Below are positions 8,290-18,279 of a stretch of DNA of 46,618 nt, piece after piece; within the stretch, counting starts at the first letter, position 1, and each line of letters starts with the position of its first letter. Where the stretch lies: NCBI GenBank assembly GCA_031409275.1, contig JANNXA010000001.1, positions 1 to 46,618 on the forward strand, given 5' to 3'. The position numbers and the translations under genes are program-made. A model generated the notes under the pieces. That model had not been told where the DNA came from and made no database searches. It saw nothing but the letters and a program-made list of their open reading frames with translations. This stretch comes from Planctomycetota bacterium. GTDB taxonomy: Bacteria; Planctomycetota; B15-G4; SIAN01.

Positions 8290-10527
8290 ATGACTTCGCT
8301 CCGCTCGCCGCGTCCGTCGGGTCGCCGCTCCTCGGTCGCCGCTTGGGCCGCCACCGCCGCGCTCGGCCTCGCGCCGACCGCGTTCGCCGGCGACTGGTAC
8401 GTCGACGCCGCAGCGAACTGCGCCAAGGGCAACGGCAGCGCCGCGAAGCCCTTCTGCACCATCGACGCGGCAGTCACCGCGGCCAGCGACGGCGACACGA
8501 TCCACGTCGCGGCGGGGAGCTACGCGGGATTCGCTTGGCTCGACAAGTCGCTCACCCTCGTGGGAACGGCGGGAGCGGCGACCACGGTCATCGATCCGGG
8601 GTACTTCCAGCTCACCGCCAGCGCGGCGCCGCTCGTGCGCGGCTTCACCTTCCGGAACCTGATCGCCGGGCCGATCACCTACTACGCGCCAGGCGACCTG
8701 ACACTCGAGGAGTGCGTCTTCGAGCTCGGCCACGGCCAAGACCTGATCGCGGTGAGCGCCGGCTGCTCCCTGACCGCCGAGCGGTGCACGTTCGACGGCG
8801 CGGGCCGGATCTCGTGCGACGGCGGCGCGCTGACGCTGGTCGACTGCGTCGTCTCCGACGTGAACGACGACCGCAACGAAGGCGGCGGCATCTTCGCGCG
8901 CAACTCGACCCTGCAGCTGACGCGCACGGAAGTGACGCGCTGCGAGGCGCGCAACTACGGCGGCGGCCTCTGGGTCGAGGGCGGCTCGCTCGACCTCGTC
9001 GACTGCACGATCTCCAGCTGCAAGGCCGGCCGACCGTTCCCCGAACCGCAGGGCCGCGGCGGCGGAGTCGCGCTCTACGGGACGGTGGCGACCGCCAGCG
9101 GGACGACCTTCGACCGCAACGAGACGCGCCCGGACAACAACACCTCGCGCACCGTCCACGGCGGCGGCTGCGCGCTGCTGAACGGATCGAGCCTCGCGTT
9201 CGACCGTTGCACGTTCACCGACAACGTCACACAGAACCAGGGCGGCGCGATCTGGGTCGATTCGAGCAGCAGCTTCACTGCCGAGGAGTGCACCTTCGCG
9301 GGCAACTCGGCGAACTTCGGTGGAGGCATCGCTGCGACCTCGCCGACCCTCACGCGCTGCGTCTTCGACGGCAACCTCGCCACCAGCGCGCCCGGGACCT
9401 ACGGTCGCTCGTCAGGCGGAGCCGCCGCCTGCTACGGCGTCGTCGCGCTGACGGCGACCAACTGCGATTTCATCGGCAACGAGTCATTCCCGGGTACCTA
9501 CGGCGGCGCCGGCAGCGCCGGGATCTTGACCGAGCAGCTGACGGCCACGCGCTGCCGGTTCGTCGGCAACGTCTCGCACGGTCACGCGACGGCCGGGGGC
9601 GGCTTCGGCGGCGCCTTCGTGCTCTACGACAGCTACCCGTGGGGCGGCCCGCCCGCGCTCTTCACCGACTGCGAGATCGTCGGGAACGTCGCCGAGGCGA
9701 GCGCGAGTGACGGCGGCTTCGGCGGCGGCGGCGTGATCGGCTGCGCGCGCGCCGACTTCGTGCGCTGCACCATCGCCGGCAACGTCGCGGACAGCCCTGC
9801 TGCGCCTCCGACCAGCGGAGCGGAGGGGGGTGGCCTCGCGACCTACCAGTTCTCGCCAACGGTCCCGACCATCACCCTCGACCACACGATCGTGGCCGGC
9901 AACTTCGCCGCGCTCGGCGGGCCCGACCTCGATGGCAGCAGCGGCGGCGTCACCACGCTCGACTGGAACTGCATCGGCGACACGACCGATGCCAACCTCA
10001 CGGGCAGCGGCTCGCACGATCTGCTCGATGTCGATCCGCAGTTCTTCGACGCGGCGAACGGCGACTTCACGCTGGCCGCCACCTCGCCGTGCATCGACTC
10101 CGGCGATCCGACGATCCTGCAAAGCGGCAAGGATGTCGCCGCCTTCCCGCGCCTGCTCGATGGCGATCTCGACAAGAGGCTCGAGCTCGACCGCGGCGCA
10201 CACGAGTTCTCCCACGTCCGCCTCGCCATCACCGGCAACGCGACGCCGGGCGGGACCATCACCGTCGATTCGCGCGGCACGATCGGCATGGCGACGTTCC
10301 TGATCGCCGGCTTCGGCGAGAGCGAGCTGCCGCTCAAGAAGCTCGGCGCGCTCTTCGTCGACCTCACTCAGGTGAACGTCATCCTGGCCTGGGCGCCGCT
10401 CGAGAGCAGCGTCGACGTCGACCTCGACCCGGCGACTCCGGTGCCGCTGACCGTCTATGTGCAGGAGCTCGCCCTCGCGACGCGCGCCGGCAACTTCTCG
10501 AACCTCGTTCGCCTCGAAATCGAGTGA
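8290..10527 (+). CDS. Secreted right-handed parallel beta-helix protein (Pmp-like GGA/GGG repeats, choice-of-anchor-Q-like region)
   Basis: AAGGAG RBS; signal peptide; WYVDAAA..GNGSAAKPFCTIDAAV start; repeated GGG(I/L/V) and FxxN motifs; DPQF..FTLAATSPCIDSG..DRGAHE. Alternative GTG start at 8287. Confidence 0.85.
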   Translation: MTSLRSPRPSGRRSSVAAWAATAALGLAPTAFAGDWYVDAAANCAKGNGSAAKPFCTIDAAVTAASDGDTIHVAAGSYAGFAWLDKSLTLVGTAGAATTVIDPGYFQLTASAAPLVRGFTFRNLIAGPITYYAPGDLTLEECVFELGHGQDLIAVSAGCSLTAERCTFDGAGRISCDGGALTLVDCVVSDVNDDRNEGGGIFARNSTLQLTRTEVTRCEARNYGGGLWVEGGSLDLVDCTISSCKAGRPFPEPQGRGGGVALYGTVATASGTTFDRNETRPDNNTSRTVHGGGCALLNGSSLAFDRCTFTDNVTQNQGGAIWVDSSSSFTAEECTFAGNSANFGGGIAATSPTLTRCVFDGNLATSAPGTYGRSSGGAAACYGVVALTATNCDFIGNESFPGTYGGAGSAGILTEQLTATRCRFVGNVSHGHATAGGGFGGAFVLYDSYPWGGPPALFTDCEIVGNVAEASASDGGFGGGGVIGCARADFVRCTIAGNVADSPAAPPTSGAEGGGLATYQFSPTVPTITLDHTIVAGNFAALGGPDLDGSSGGVTTLDWNCIGDTTDANLTGSGSHDLLDVDPQFFDAANGDFTLAATSPCIDSGDPTILQSGKDVAAFPRLLDGDLDKRLELDRGAHEFSHVRLAITGNATPGGTITVDSRGTIGMATFLIAGFGESELPLKKLGALFVDLTQVNVILAWAPLESSVDVDLDPATPVPLTVYVQELALATRAGNFSNLVRLEIE

Positions 10528-10591
10528 GGGGGACTTCGCGATCGCGATCGCCCCCATCGGGATCTCGCGCGGTTCGGGTCGGTCCAGCTCG

Positions 10592-10605
10592 AGTGTCGAT
10601 ACACT
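10592..10605 (+). promoter_or_regulatory. Putative -10 box (TACACT) within a short inverted repeat AGTGT-N4-ACACT; near-leaderless start of the Cys-rich ORF
   Basis: TACACT at 10600-10605, 8 nt before ATG 10614; no SD visible. Confidence 0.3.
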
Positions 10606-10613
10606 CCGCCACC

Positions 10614-11081
10614 ATGCCGTTCCTGCGGACGCTCCTCTTTGCCGTGATGCTGCCGGCGCTCTTGCTGCCGGAGGGGGCGCGCTTCTGCCTGCATGAGCTT
10701 CTCTGCGGCTCCGACGCGACTTGCGGCTGCCCCGCGGCGCGCGCGACGCCCGACGACGCACCGCGCCGCACCTGCTGCGCGACGTGCGCGACGCGCGAAG
10801 TTCCGCCGACGCCACCGCGCGACGGCGCGCGCCTCGTGAGTGACGAGGCCGCCTGCTGCGTTCATGTGCAGGCCCCCGCGCTCGCTGCGCCTCACGACTC
10901 GACCGCACGCGATGAGGTCACCACTGCAGTCTCCTTGCCGCTGCTGCCCGTCACGCTCTTCGCGAACGTGACGCTCCTCGCACCGGTGCAAGACTCGGCG
11001 CCGCTCGCGTGCGCCGCCGCACCACCCCCGCCGCGCGCTCGCTACGTCGATCCACGTTTCGTGCTGCCGCTGCGCAACTGA
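10614..11081 (+). CDS. Small Cys-rich exported/membrane leader protein with Pro-rich C-terminus
   Basis: 155 aa; hydrophobic N-terminus; CLHELLC, TCGC, CCATC and CCVH clusters; C-terminal AAAPPPPRAR; first ORF before the TolC-MFP-ABC operon. Confidence 0.65.
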   Translation: MPFLRTLLFAVMLPALLLPEGARFCLHELLCGSDATCGCPAARATPDDAPRRTCCATCATREVPPTPPRDGARLVSDEAACCVHVQAPALAAPHDSTARDEVTTAVSLPLLPVTLFANVTLLAPVQDSAPLACAAAPPPPRARYVDPRFVLPLRN

Positions 11082-11177
11082 GCCGCGCCGCTTCGCATCG
11101 GTGCGCGTGAAGGATCGGTGGCCACCGCTCCGCGCGCGCCGGTCGGGACTTCTGTTTCCCGTGGCGCGGAGCTCGCA

Positions 11178-12440
11178 ATGGCTCGTTCCCTCGTTCTCGC
11201 CCTGATTCCGTCGACGGTCACGTTGGTGCTGCAAGGTTGCGCCGGCACCGATCGCGTCGACCACGACCTCGATGCGCCGCCAGGACAGCTCGCGCAAGAG
11301 CTCCAAGCGGAACTCGCGGCCGACGGCGACGCGCAGCCACCCGCGGTGCGCGCGGCGACGCAGGCGTTGCAGCTGGCGCTCGCCGAGGCGGCGCGTGTCG
11401 GCGCTCCGCCGCTGATGGTCGACGTCGAGCACGTCGGCCGCGGCCGCGACCACGACACCGAGCTGATGGTGGCGCTTGACGTGGCGGCGCTAGTCGGCGG
11501 CGGGCGCCTCGCGGCGACGCGTGCAGCCGCGGTCGTCGCCGTGGAACAGGCGCAGGCGGAACTCGACCTCGCACGCACCACGACGCGCTTCGAGGTCGAG
11601 CGGCTGCGCGCGCGGCTCGCCGAAGCGCAGGAGCAGGTCGCGGCGCTTGCCGCGTTGGAGGAGTCGGCTGCGCCGGTTCGCGCGCGCTTCGAGCGGCTCG
11701 CGCTGCACGGGTGGCTGGCGCCGCGCGACGTCGACGCGGCGCGCAGCGTGGTCCATCAAGTTGCAGCGGAACGGCTCGCGCAGGAGGCGGAAGCAACGAC
11801 GACGCGCGCCGAGCTCGCGCGAGTGGCTGGCACCCCCGCCGCGCAGCTCGAGGCGACCCTGGCACGACTGCCCGCGCTCGCGCCTGAATCGCCTGGATCG
11901 CCGCCGGAAGGCGCCGCGCTGCTCGAACGGCTGCCGACGCTGCGGATCGCGCGCGCGCAGTGGCTCGTCGCCGAGGCGCAGGTGCGTGTGGCGACCGCCG
12001 AACAGTGGCCCGCGCTGCTCATCGGCCCGAAAGCCGTGCTGGCCAGCGATGACTGGCTGGTCGGCGGTCTCGCGCGACTCGAGTTGCCGTGGCCACCCAC
12101 CGCATCGGCGGCGGTCGACGCCGCGCGCGCGGCCCGAGACGAGGCGCGAGCGCAGTTGGCGAGCGCGCTGGCGGCAGCGCAGGCGACGCTGGACGCGCGC
12201 CACATCGCCGCCACGAAGGGCGCTGCGACCTGGCGCGACCACTCACAACCGCTCGCGCGCAGCCGTGCGGCTCAACTCGAAGCGGCCGCCGCGCGCTTCG
12301 CCTCCGATCCCGGCGAGCTGCCCGACTGGACCATGGCCTTCGAGCAATGCGCGGAAGCGCTGGCGGCGGAGCAGGCCGCGCGTCGCGTCGCGCGGATCGC
12401 CGTGATCGACCTGCTGGAAGCATCGGGAGCGCCGCGATGA
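11178..12440 (+). CDS. TolC-like outer membrane efflux lipoprotein
   Basis: GGAG RBS, lipobox LQGC, Ala-rich helical repeats, PTLRIARAQWLVAEAQVRVATAEQWP; ATGA overlap with the MFP. Confidence 0.7.
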   Translation: MARSLVLALIPSTVTLVLQGCAGTDRVDHDLDAPPGQLAQELQAELAADGDAQPPAVRAATQALQLALAEAARVGAPPLMVDVEHVGRGRDHDTELMVALDVAALVGGGRLAATRAAAVVAVEQAQAELDLARTTTRFEVERLRARLAEAQEQVAALAALEESAAPVRARFERLALHGWLAPRDVDAARSVVHQVAAERLAQEAEATTTRAELARVAGTPAAQLEATLARLPALAPESPGSPPEGAALLERLPTLRIARAQWLVAEAQVRVATAEQWPALLIGPKAVLASDDWLVGGLARLELPWPPTASAAVDAARAARDEARAQLASALAAAQATLDARHIAATKGAATWRDHSQPLARSRAAQLEAAAARFASDPGELPDWTMAFEQCAEALAAEQAARRVARIAVIDLLEASGAPR

Positions 12441-13981
12441 GCGAGATGAAGCCCGACATCGACCTCGATCGTCTCGCGCGAGCGCCGACGGTCGCGCCAC
12501 CGAAGCGGCGTTGGCTTCCGCGATTGGTGCCGCTGCTCCTGCTGCTCGCGTTCGGTGCGCTGCTGATCTCGACGCTCACCGACTTCGGGCGCGGCGCCGT
12601 GCAGGTGACGCTGGTGCGACCGCAGCCAGCCGATGGCGAAGCGGGCGGTGGCGCTGCAAGCGGCGGCGGCGAACTGCAGCGCTCCGGCTGGATCGAGCCC
12701 GATCCCTACCCGCAGATGGTCAACCCGCTGGTCGCTGGCGTCGTGAGCGAGTTGCTTGTGCTCGAAGGCGACACCGTCCGCGCCGGCCAGGAGGTCGCGC
12801 GACTCGACGATGCGGCGGCGCGACTCGCGGTCGCGAGCGCGCAGGCCAACCGCGTGCGTGCGCAGTTCGACGTCGCCCGCGCGAGCGTCGATGTCGCCAT
12901 CGCGCGCCGACGCTTCGACGCGGCGCTGGCGGTGAAGGAAGCACTGGCGCTCGCCGAGGCGGGTCGCGACGGACGCCTCGCCGAGCAGACGCGGCGTATC
13001 GAAGCGGTGCGGCGCAGCGGCGCCGCCGTGACCATCGCCGAGGAGGAGCTCGCCGTCGCTCGCGACCTGGCCGAGCACGGCGGCGCCGGACCGCGCCAAG
13101 TGGAGCTGGCGGCGGCGAAGGTCGAAGCGGAACGCGCTGCGCGCGCGATGGTGCAAGCCGAGGCGGAGCTGGCCGCAAGCGAGGTCGCCCGTTCGGAAGC
13201 GATGCTGCAACGCGCCCAGCAAGAGTTCGAGCTGCGACTCGACGATCGCGCCGCACTGGAGAGCGCCGAAGCAGCGTTGGCAGTGGCCCAAGCGATGCAG
13301 GCGCAAGCGGAGGCGAGTGTCGAAGAGAGCGCGCTGACGTTCGAACGCCACGTCGTGCGCACGCCGACGGCGGGGGTCGTGCTGCAACGGATGGCGGTGC
13401 CGGGAGCGGCGATCGGCGGGCCGGAACATGCCGCGTTGCTGACCCTCTACGACCCGCAGCAACTGCGAGTGCGCGTCGACGTCGAGCAGACGGAAGTGGC
13501 GAAGCTCACTGTCGGTGGCGCCGTGACGTTGCGCGCGCCGACGCGGCCCGACCGCCCCTATCGCGGCACGATCACGCGGCTGGTGCGTCAGGCCAACGTG
13601 GAGAAGGTCACGTTGCAGGTGCACGTCCACGTCGACGATCCCGACGAGCAGCTTCGCCCCGAGATGCTGGTGGAGACGCGCTTCGCGCTCGCGAGCGCTC
13701 CGGCCGTTGCGGCAGCGACCGGAGCGAGCGACGGCGGTCGCGGCAGCGCCGCCTTCTGGATTCCCGCTCGTCTGCTGATCGAGCGCGACGGCGCGACCTC
13801 GGTGTGGCTGATCGACGGTGCGCACGGTCGGGCTGCGCTGCGCCGGGTCACCGTGCTGCGGCGCGACGGCGAGCGCGCGCTGATCGGCAGCGGCCTGAAC
13901 CTGACCGACAAGCTGATCGACGGCGGCCGCGAGCAGCTGCGCGACGGCGCGCGCGTCGAAGTCGCCGGCACGGAGCGCTGA
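12437..13981 (+). CDS. Efflux periplasmic adaptor (MFP/HlyD family)
   Basis: N-terminal TM; lipoyl-like VAGVVSELLVLEGDTVRAGQEVARLD and VRTPTAGVV; coiled coil; LRPEM. Confidence 0.9.
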   Translation: MSEMKPDIDLDRLARAPTVAPPKRRWLPRLVPLLLLLAFGALLISTLTDFGRGAVQVTLVRPQPADGEAGGGAASGGGELQRSGWIEPDPYPQMVNPLVAGVVSELLVLEGDTVRAGQEVARLDDAAARLAVASAQANRVRAQFDVARASVDVAIARRRFDAALAVKEALALAEAGRDGRLAEQTRRIEAVRRSGAAVTIAEEELAVARDLAEHGGAGPRQVELAAAKVEAERAARAMVQAEAELAASEVARSEAMLQRAQQEFELRLDDRAALESAEAALAVAQAMQAQAEASVEESALTFERHVVRTPTAGVVLQRMAVPGAAIGGPEHAALLTLYDPQQLRVRVDVEQTEVAKLTVGGAVTLRAPTRPDRPYRGTITRLVRQANVEKVTLQVHVHVDDPDEQLRPEMLVETRFALASAPAVAAATGASDGGRGSAAFWIPARLLIERDGATSVWLIDGAHGRAALRRVTVLRRDGERALIGSGLNLTDKLIDGGREQLRDGARVEVAGTER

Positions 13982-13982
13982 C

Positions 13983-14666
13983 ATGGCTTTCATCGAACTG
14001 GCCGGCGTCACCAAGCGCTTCACCAAGGGCGAGCACGTCATCACGCCGCTCGACGACGTGACGCTGTCGATCGAGCAGGGCGAGTTCTTCGTGCTGCTCG
14101 GGCCGTCGGGCAGCGGCAAGACGACGCTGCTCCATCTGCTGGCGGGCATCGACCGCCCCGAAAGCGGTCGCGTCGTCGTCGCGGGTCAGGCGCTCGGCGA
14201 GCTCTCGCCCGGTCCGCTCGCGGATTGGCGAGCCGAGCACGTCGGCTACGTCTTCCAGCAGCACCACCTCGTGCCGGTGCTGACGGCGTACGAGAACGTC
14301 GAGCTGCCGCTGCACCTCTTCCCGCTGAGCCGCGCGCAACGCCATGAGCGGGTCGCGTTGGCGCTCGAGGCGGTCGGCCTCGCCGATCGCGCCGACCACC
14401 TGCCGCGCCAGCTTTCCGGCGGGCAGGAGCAGCGCGTGGCGCTGGCGCGCGCGATCGTCGCCGATCCGCCGCTGCTGGTGGCGGACGAGCCGACCGGCAA
14501 CCTCGACCACGCGTCGGCCGAAGCGATCCTCACGCTGTTCCGCCGCCTGCAACGCGAGCGCGGCAAGACGATCGTGATGGTCACCCACGACCCCAACGCC
14601 GCCGCGTACGGAACACGGATCGTCCGCCTCGACAAAGGGCGACTGCTCGAGGAGGCGACGCGATGA
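13983..14666 (+). CDS. ABC ATP-binding protein (MacB/LolD type)
   Basis: [29 protein letters not shown]. Confidence 0.95.
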   Translation: MAFIELAGVTKRFTKGEHVITPLDDVTLSIEQGEFFVLLGPSGSGKTTLLHLLAGIDRPESGRVVVAGQALGELSPGPLADWRAEHVGYVFQQHHLVPVLTAYENVELPLHLFPLSRAQRHERVALALEAVGLADRADHLPRQLSGGQEQRVALARAIVADPPLLVADEPTGNLDHASAEAILTLFRRLQRERGKTIVMVTHDPNAAAYGTRIVRLDKGRLLEEATR

Positions 14667-15811
14667 GGCTGCCGGGACTCGCGCGACTGGTGCAGGCGAA
14701 CCTGCAACGGCGATTGCTGCGCTCGCTGCTGACGCTGTCGGGCGTCGCGGCGGCGGTGGCGCTCTTCCTGCTGGTGGAGAGCCTGTCGGCAGGACTCGAT
14801 TCGGCGCTTTCTGGCGGCGAGGCGGCGCGCACGCTGATCGTCTACCGGCAGAACCGCTACTGCCCGCAGACTTCGTTCCTGCCGCAGAACGAGGCGACGC
14901 GCATCGCCAAGATCGACGGCATCGAGAGCGTCCTGCCCGTGAAGGTCTTCCTCTCGAACTGCCGCACGAGTCTCGACGTCGTCGCTTTCCATGGCGTGCC
15001 GGCCGAGCAGCTGTTCGCGACGCGCAAGATCGAGCTGATCGAGGGCGATCGCGCCGCGTTCGAGCAGCGCGCCGACGCGGCGCTGGTCGGCCGCGCGTTC
15101 GCGGCGCGGCGCGGCTTGAAGGTCGGCGACCTGTTCCGCTTCAACCGTCTCGAAGTGAGCGTCGTCGGCATCTTCCGCTCGCCCGAGCCGATCGAGGAGA
15201 GCCTCGTCGTCACCCACCTCGAGACGCTGCAGCGATCGGCCGCCGTGCAGCAGCAAGGCACGGTGACGCAGTTCGAAGTGAAGGTGCGCGACCCGGCGCG
15301 CGCGCGGGCGATCGCCGAGGAGATCGACGCGCTGCTGGCGACGTCGACCGCGCCGACCGACACGCGCCTCAAGCTCGCCTTCCTCGAATCGGCGACGGCC
15401 GAGCTGCGCGAACTCCTCTCCTTCGGCCGGCTGTTCGGCGTCTGCTGCGTGCTGGTGATGCTGGTGCTCGTGGGCAACACGGTGGCGATGGCGGTGCACG
15501 AGCGGCGCGCCGAACTTGCGGTGCTGCGCACGCTGGGCTTCCGGCCGTCGCGCCTCGCGCGTCTGCTGCTGTCGGAGTCGTGCGCGCTGGCGCTGCTCGG
15601 CGGCGTGGTCGGCACCGCGGCGGCACTCGCGACCATCGCCTCGACTCACCTCACGCTCGGCGTCGAAGGGGTGATGGTCACCTTCGCGGTGTCGCCGCTG
15701 CTGATCGCGAAGGGGCTTGGTGTCGCCGCGGCGGCGGGCGTCGTGGCCGCGGCGCTGCCTGCCTGGAACACGACGCGCGCGCCGATCCCGGCCGCGTTGC
15801 GGGGGGCGTGA
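14663..15811 (+). CDS. ABC permease (MacB/FtsX family)
   Basis: [10 protein letters not shown]-terminal TM, periplasmic domain, [14 protein letters not shown] and three C-terminal TMs. Confidence 0.92.
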   Translation: MRLPGLARLVQANLQRRLLRSLLTLSGVAAAVALFLLVESLSAGLDSALSGGEAARTLIVYRQNRYCPQTSFLPQNEATRIAKIDGIESVLPVKVFLSNCRTSLDVVAFHGVPAEQLFATRKIELIEGDRAAFEQRADAALVGRAFAARRGLKVGDLFRFNRLEVSVVGIFRSPEPIEESLVVTHLETLQRSAAVQQQGTVTQFEVKVRDPARARAIAEEIDALLATSTAPTDTRLKLAFLESATAELRELLSFGRLFGVCCVLVMLVLVGNTVAMAVHERRAELAVLRTLGFRPSRLARLLLSESCALALLGGVVGTAAALATIASTHLTLGVEGVMVTFAVSPLLIAKGLGVAAAAGVVAAALPAWNTTRAPIPAALRGA

Positions 15812-16989
15812 CGATGGCCCGGATGCGGCTGCGCCTCCCGTTCGACTACGCCGTGCTGAACCTCGCGCGACGGCCCGTGCGCAGCGTGCTCACTGGCCTC
15901 TCCTGCGCGCTGGTGGCGGCGCTGCTGGTGGCAACGGCCTCGTTCGTGCGAGGCCTCGAAGCGAGCTACGCCGCCACCGCCGAGCCCGACACGGCGATCC
16001 TGCTGAACGCCGGCTCGATGAAGGACGTCGTGCGCAGCGCGGTGTCGACGGCGGTCGCCGAATCGGTCGCCGCCGACGTCGCGAGCGTGCTGCGAGTGGA
16101 TGGCGTCGCGGCCGTCTCGCCCGAGATCCACATGGCGACCTGGGTGCGGATGGGTGGCGCCGAGGGAACGCGCCATCAAGCGTTCGTGCGCGGCGTCACC
16201 GATCGCGCCTTCCTGGTCCACCCAGCGGTGACGTTGATTGCAGGACAGCCGGGCAGTGACGACGAGGTGATCGTCGGGCGACTCGCCGCCGAGCGCATGG
16301 GCGTGTCGGCCGCCGCGCTGCAACCCGGCGCGCGCCTCTTCCTCGAAGGGGCGACCTTCACCATCGCGGGCACCTTCGCGGCGCCCGGCACCACGCTCGA
16401 GTCGGAGATCTGGGCGCCGCTCCATCGGCTGCGTGGCCTGGCCAAGCGCGACGACGTCTCCGCCGTGTTCGTTCGCGTCGCGAATCGCGACGGCTTGCGC
16501 GACCTCGAGTACTTCGCGACGCGACGACGCGACCTCGAACTGCAGTGCATGACCTCGGCGAGCTACTACGGCGAGCTCTCGGCCTACTTCGCGCCGCTGC
16601 GCGCGATGGCGTGGGCGATGGCGCTGCTGATCGGCATCGCCGCGCTGCTGACCGGCGCCAACACGCTGAACGCCGCGGTGCAGGAGCGCGCCGCCGAGCT
16701 CGCCACGCTGCGCACGCTCGGCTACCGCAGCGGTCCGATCGCATGGTCGCTGCTGCAGGAATCGCTGGTGCTGGCCGCCGCCGGCGGACTGCTGGGCCTG
16801 CTGCTGGCGCGCCTCGCCGTGCAAGGCAGCGCGGTGCGACTCGCGATGAGCGCGTTTGCCTTGCAGGTCGACCCGCCCGCGATCCTCATCGGCCTCACCG
16901 GTGCGTTGGCGTTGGGAGTGTTCGGCACCCTGCCCGCCGCATGGCGCGTCGCGAGGCTGCCGGTGGCGCAAGCGCTGGGCGGTGGGTGA
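15808..16989 (+). CDS. ABC permease (MacB/FtsX family), second subunit
   Basis: GTGA overlap (alternative ATG 15814); [31 protein letters not shown]. Confidence 0.92.
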   Translation: MTMARMRLRLPFDYAVLNLARRPVRSVLTGLSCALVAALLVATASFVRGLEASYAATAEPDTAILLNAGSMKDVVRSAVSTAVAESVAADVASVLRVDGVAAVSPEIHMATWVRMGGAEGTRHQAFVRGVTDRAFLVHPAVTLIAGQPGSDDEVIVGRLAAERMGVSAAALQPGARLFLEGATFTIAGTFAAPGTTLESEIWAPLHRLRGLAKRDDVSAVFVRVANRDGLRDLEYFATRRRDLELQCMTSASYYGELSAYFAPLRAMAWAMALLIGIAALLTGANTLNAAVQERAAELATLRTLGYRSGPIAWSLLQESLVLAAAGGLLGLLLARLAVQGSAVRLAMSAFALQVDPPAILIGLTGALALGVFGTLPAAWRVARLPVAQALGGG

Positions 16990-17244
16990 GAGGCCAGTGA
17001 CGTCCGGGTCGCCGCAACACCACCACCGTCTCCTCGTCGCGATCGGCGCCGCCGTCGTCGTTGAGGCAGGTGGTGGCGCGGTTCGATCGCGAAACCGGCG
17101 AGCTCGACGTCATCGCGCTCGACGTCGCCCTGACGCAAGCGATTGACTTCGTGGCGAGGGTCGACACGATGCAGCCGTCGAACGGCGCCGGCGCCACGAA
17201 TGCGTCGGCGCTGGCCATCCCCCACGCTGCCGCGGAGCTTCGCC

Positions 17245-18279
17245 ATGTCCCGATCGGGCTCGACCCGCCGTGAGTTCCTGCAAAGCGCCGCGGCGGCCAC
17301 CGCGGCGCTCTCGCTCGGCTCGTTCTCACGGTTGCGCGCGCAGGCGACCGCGCCGTCCAAGCTCGAACGCCGCCGCTTCGGGCGCACCGACATGGAGGTC
17401 GCACTGCTCGGCTTCGGCGGCGCCGAAATCGGCTACGAGCAGGCCGCTCCCGAAGTCGTGGCGAAGCTGCTCAACCTCTCGCTCGACGCGGGGCTGAACG
17501 TCATCGACACCGCCGAGTGCTACGTCGAGTCGGAGACGCTGATCGGCGCGGCCGTCGGCCATCGCCGCAAGGAGTACTTCCTCTTCACCAAGTGCGGCCA
17601 CTTCGTCGAGGGGGGCGGCTCGGCCGACTGGTCGAAGGCGGCGCTGCTGCACTCGATCGAGCGCAGCCTCAAGCGGTTGAAGAGCGATGCCATCGACCTG
17701 GTGCAGCTCCACTCCTGCTCGCTCGAGGAGCTGAAGAAGGGCGAGTGCATCGAGGCGCTCGAACTGGCGAAGCATCAGGGCAAGACGCGCTACATCGGCT
17801 ACAGCGGCGACTCGGCGGCGGCGCGCTTCGCGGTCGAGTCCGGCCGGTTCGACGCGCTGCAGACCTCGATCAACCTCTGCGACCAGGAGTCGATCGAGCT
17901 CACGCTGCCGCTCGCCGCCGAGAAGGGGATCGGCGTCATCGCCAAGCGGCCGATCGCCAACGCCGCCTGGCGCTACGACGCGGCGCCGAGCAACGGCTAC
18001 CACCTCGAATACTGGAAGCGTCTGCAGGAGCTGCGCTACGACTTCGCGTCGGGCGAGGCGCGCAAGCGCGAGGACGCCGACGGTCCCGCCGGCGTCGCGA
18101 TGCGCTTCACGGCGATGCAGCCGGGCGTCGACGTGCTGATCGTCGGCACTACCAAACCGGAGCGCTGGCAGCAGAACGCGGCGCTGCTCCAAGCCGGCCC
18201 GCTGCCGAAAGCGCTCGCCGATTCGATCCGCGCGCGCTGGAAGGAGGTCGCGAAGAGCGACTGGACCGGGCAGACATGA
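17245..18279 (+). CDS. Aldo/keto reductase with Tat-like signal
   Basis: TRREFL twin-arginine motif; LGFGG, IDTAECY, TKCG, SLKRLKSDAIDLVQLH, GKTRYIG. Confidence 0.92.
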   Translation: MSRSGSTRREFLQSAAAATAALSLGSFSRLRAQATAPSKLERRRFGRTDMEVALLGFGGAEIGYEQAAPEVVAKLLNLSLDAGLNVIDTAECYVESETLIGAAVGHRRKEYFLFTKCGHFVEGGGSADWSKAALLHSIERSLKRLKSDAIDLVQLHSCSLEELKKGECIEALELAKHQGKTRYIGYSGDSAAARFAVESGRFDALQTSINLCDQESIELTLPLAAEKGIGVIAKRPIANAAWRYDAAPSNGYHLEYWKRLQELRYDFASGEARKREDADGPAGVAMRFTAMQPGVDVLIVGTTKPERWQQNAALLQAGPLPKALADSIRARWKEVAKSDWTGQT

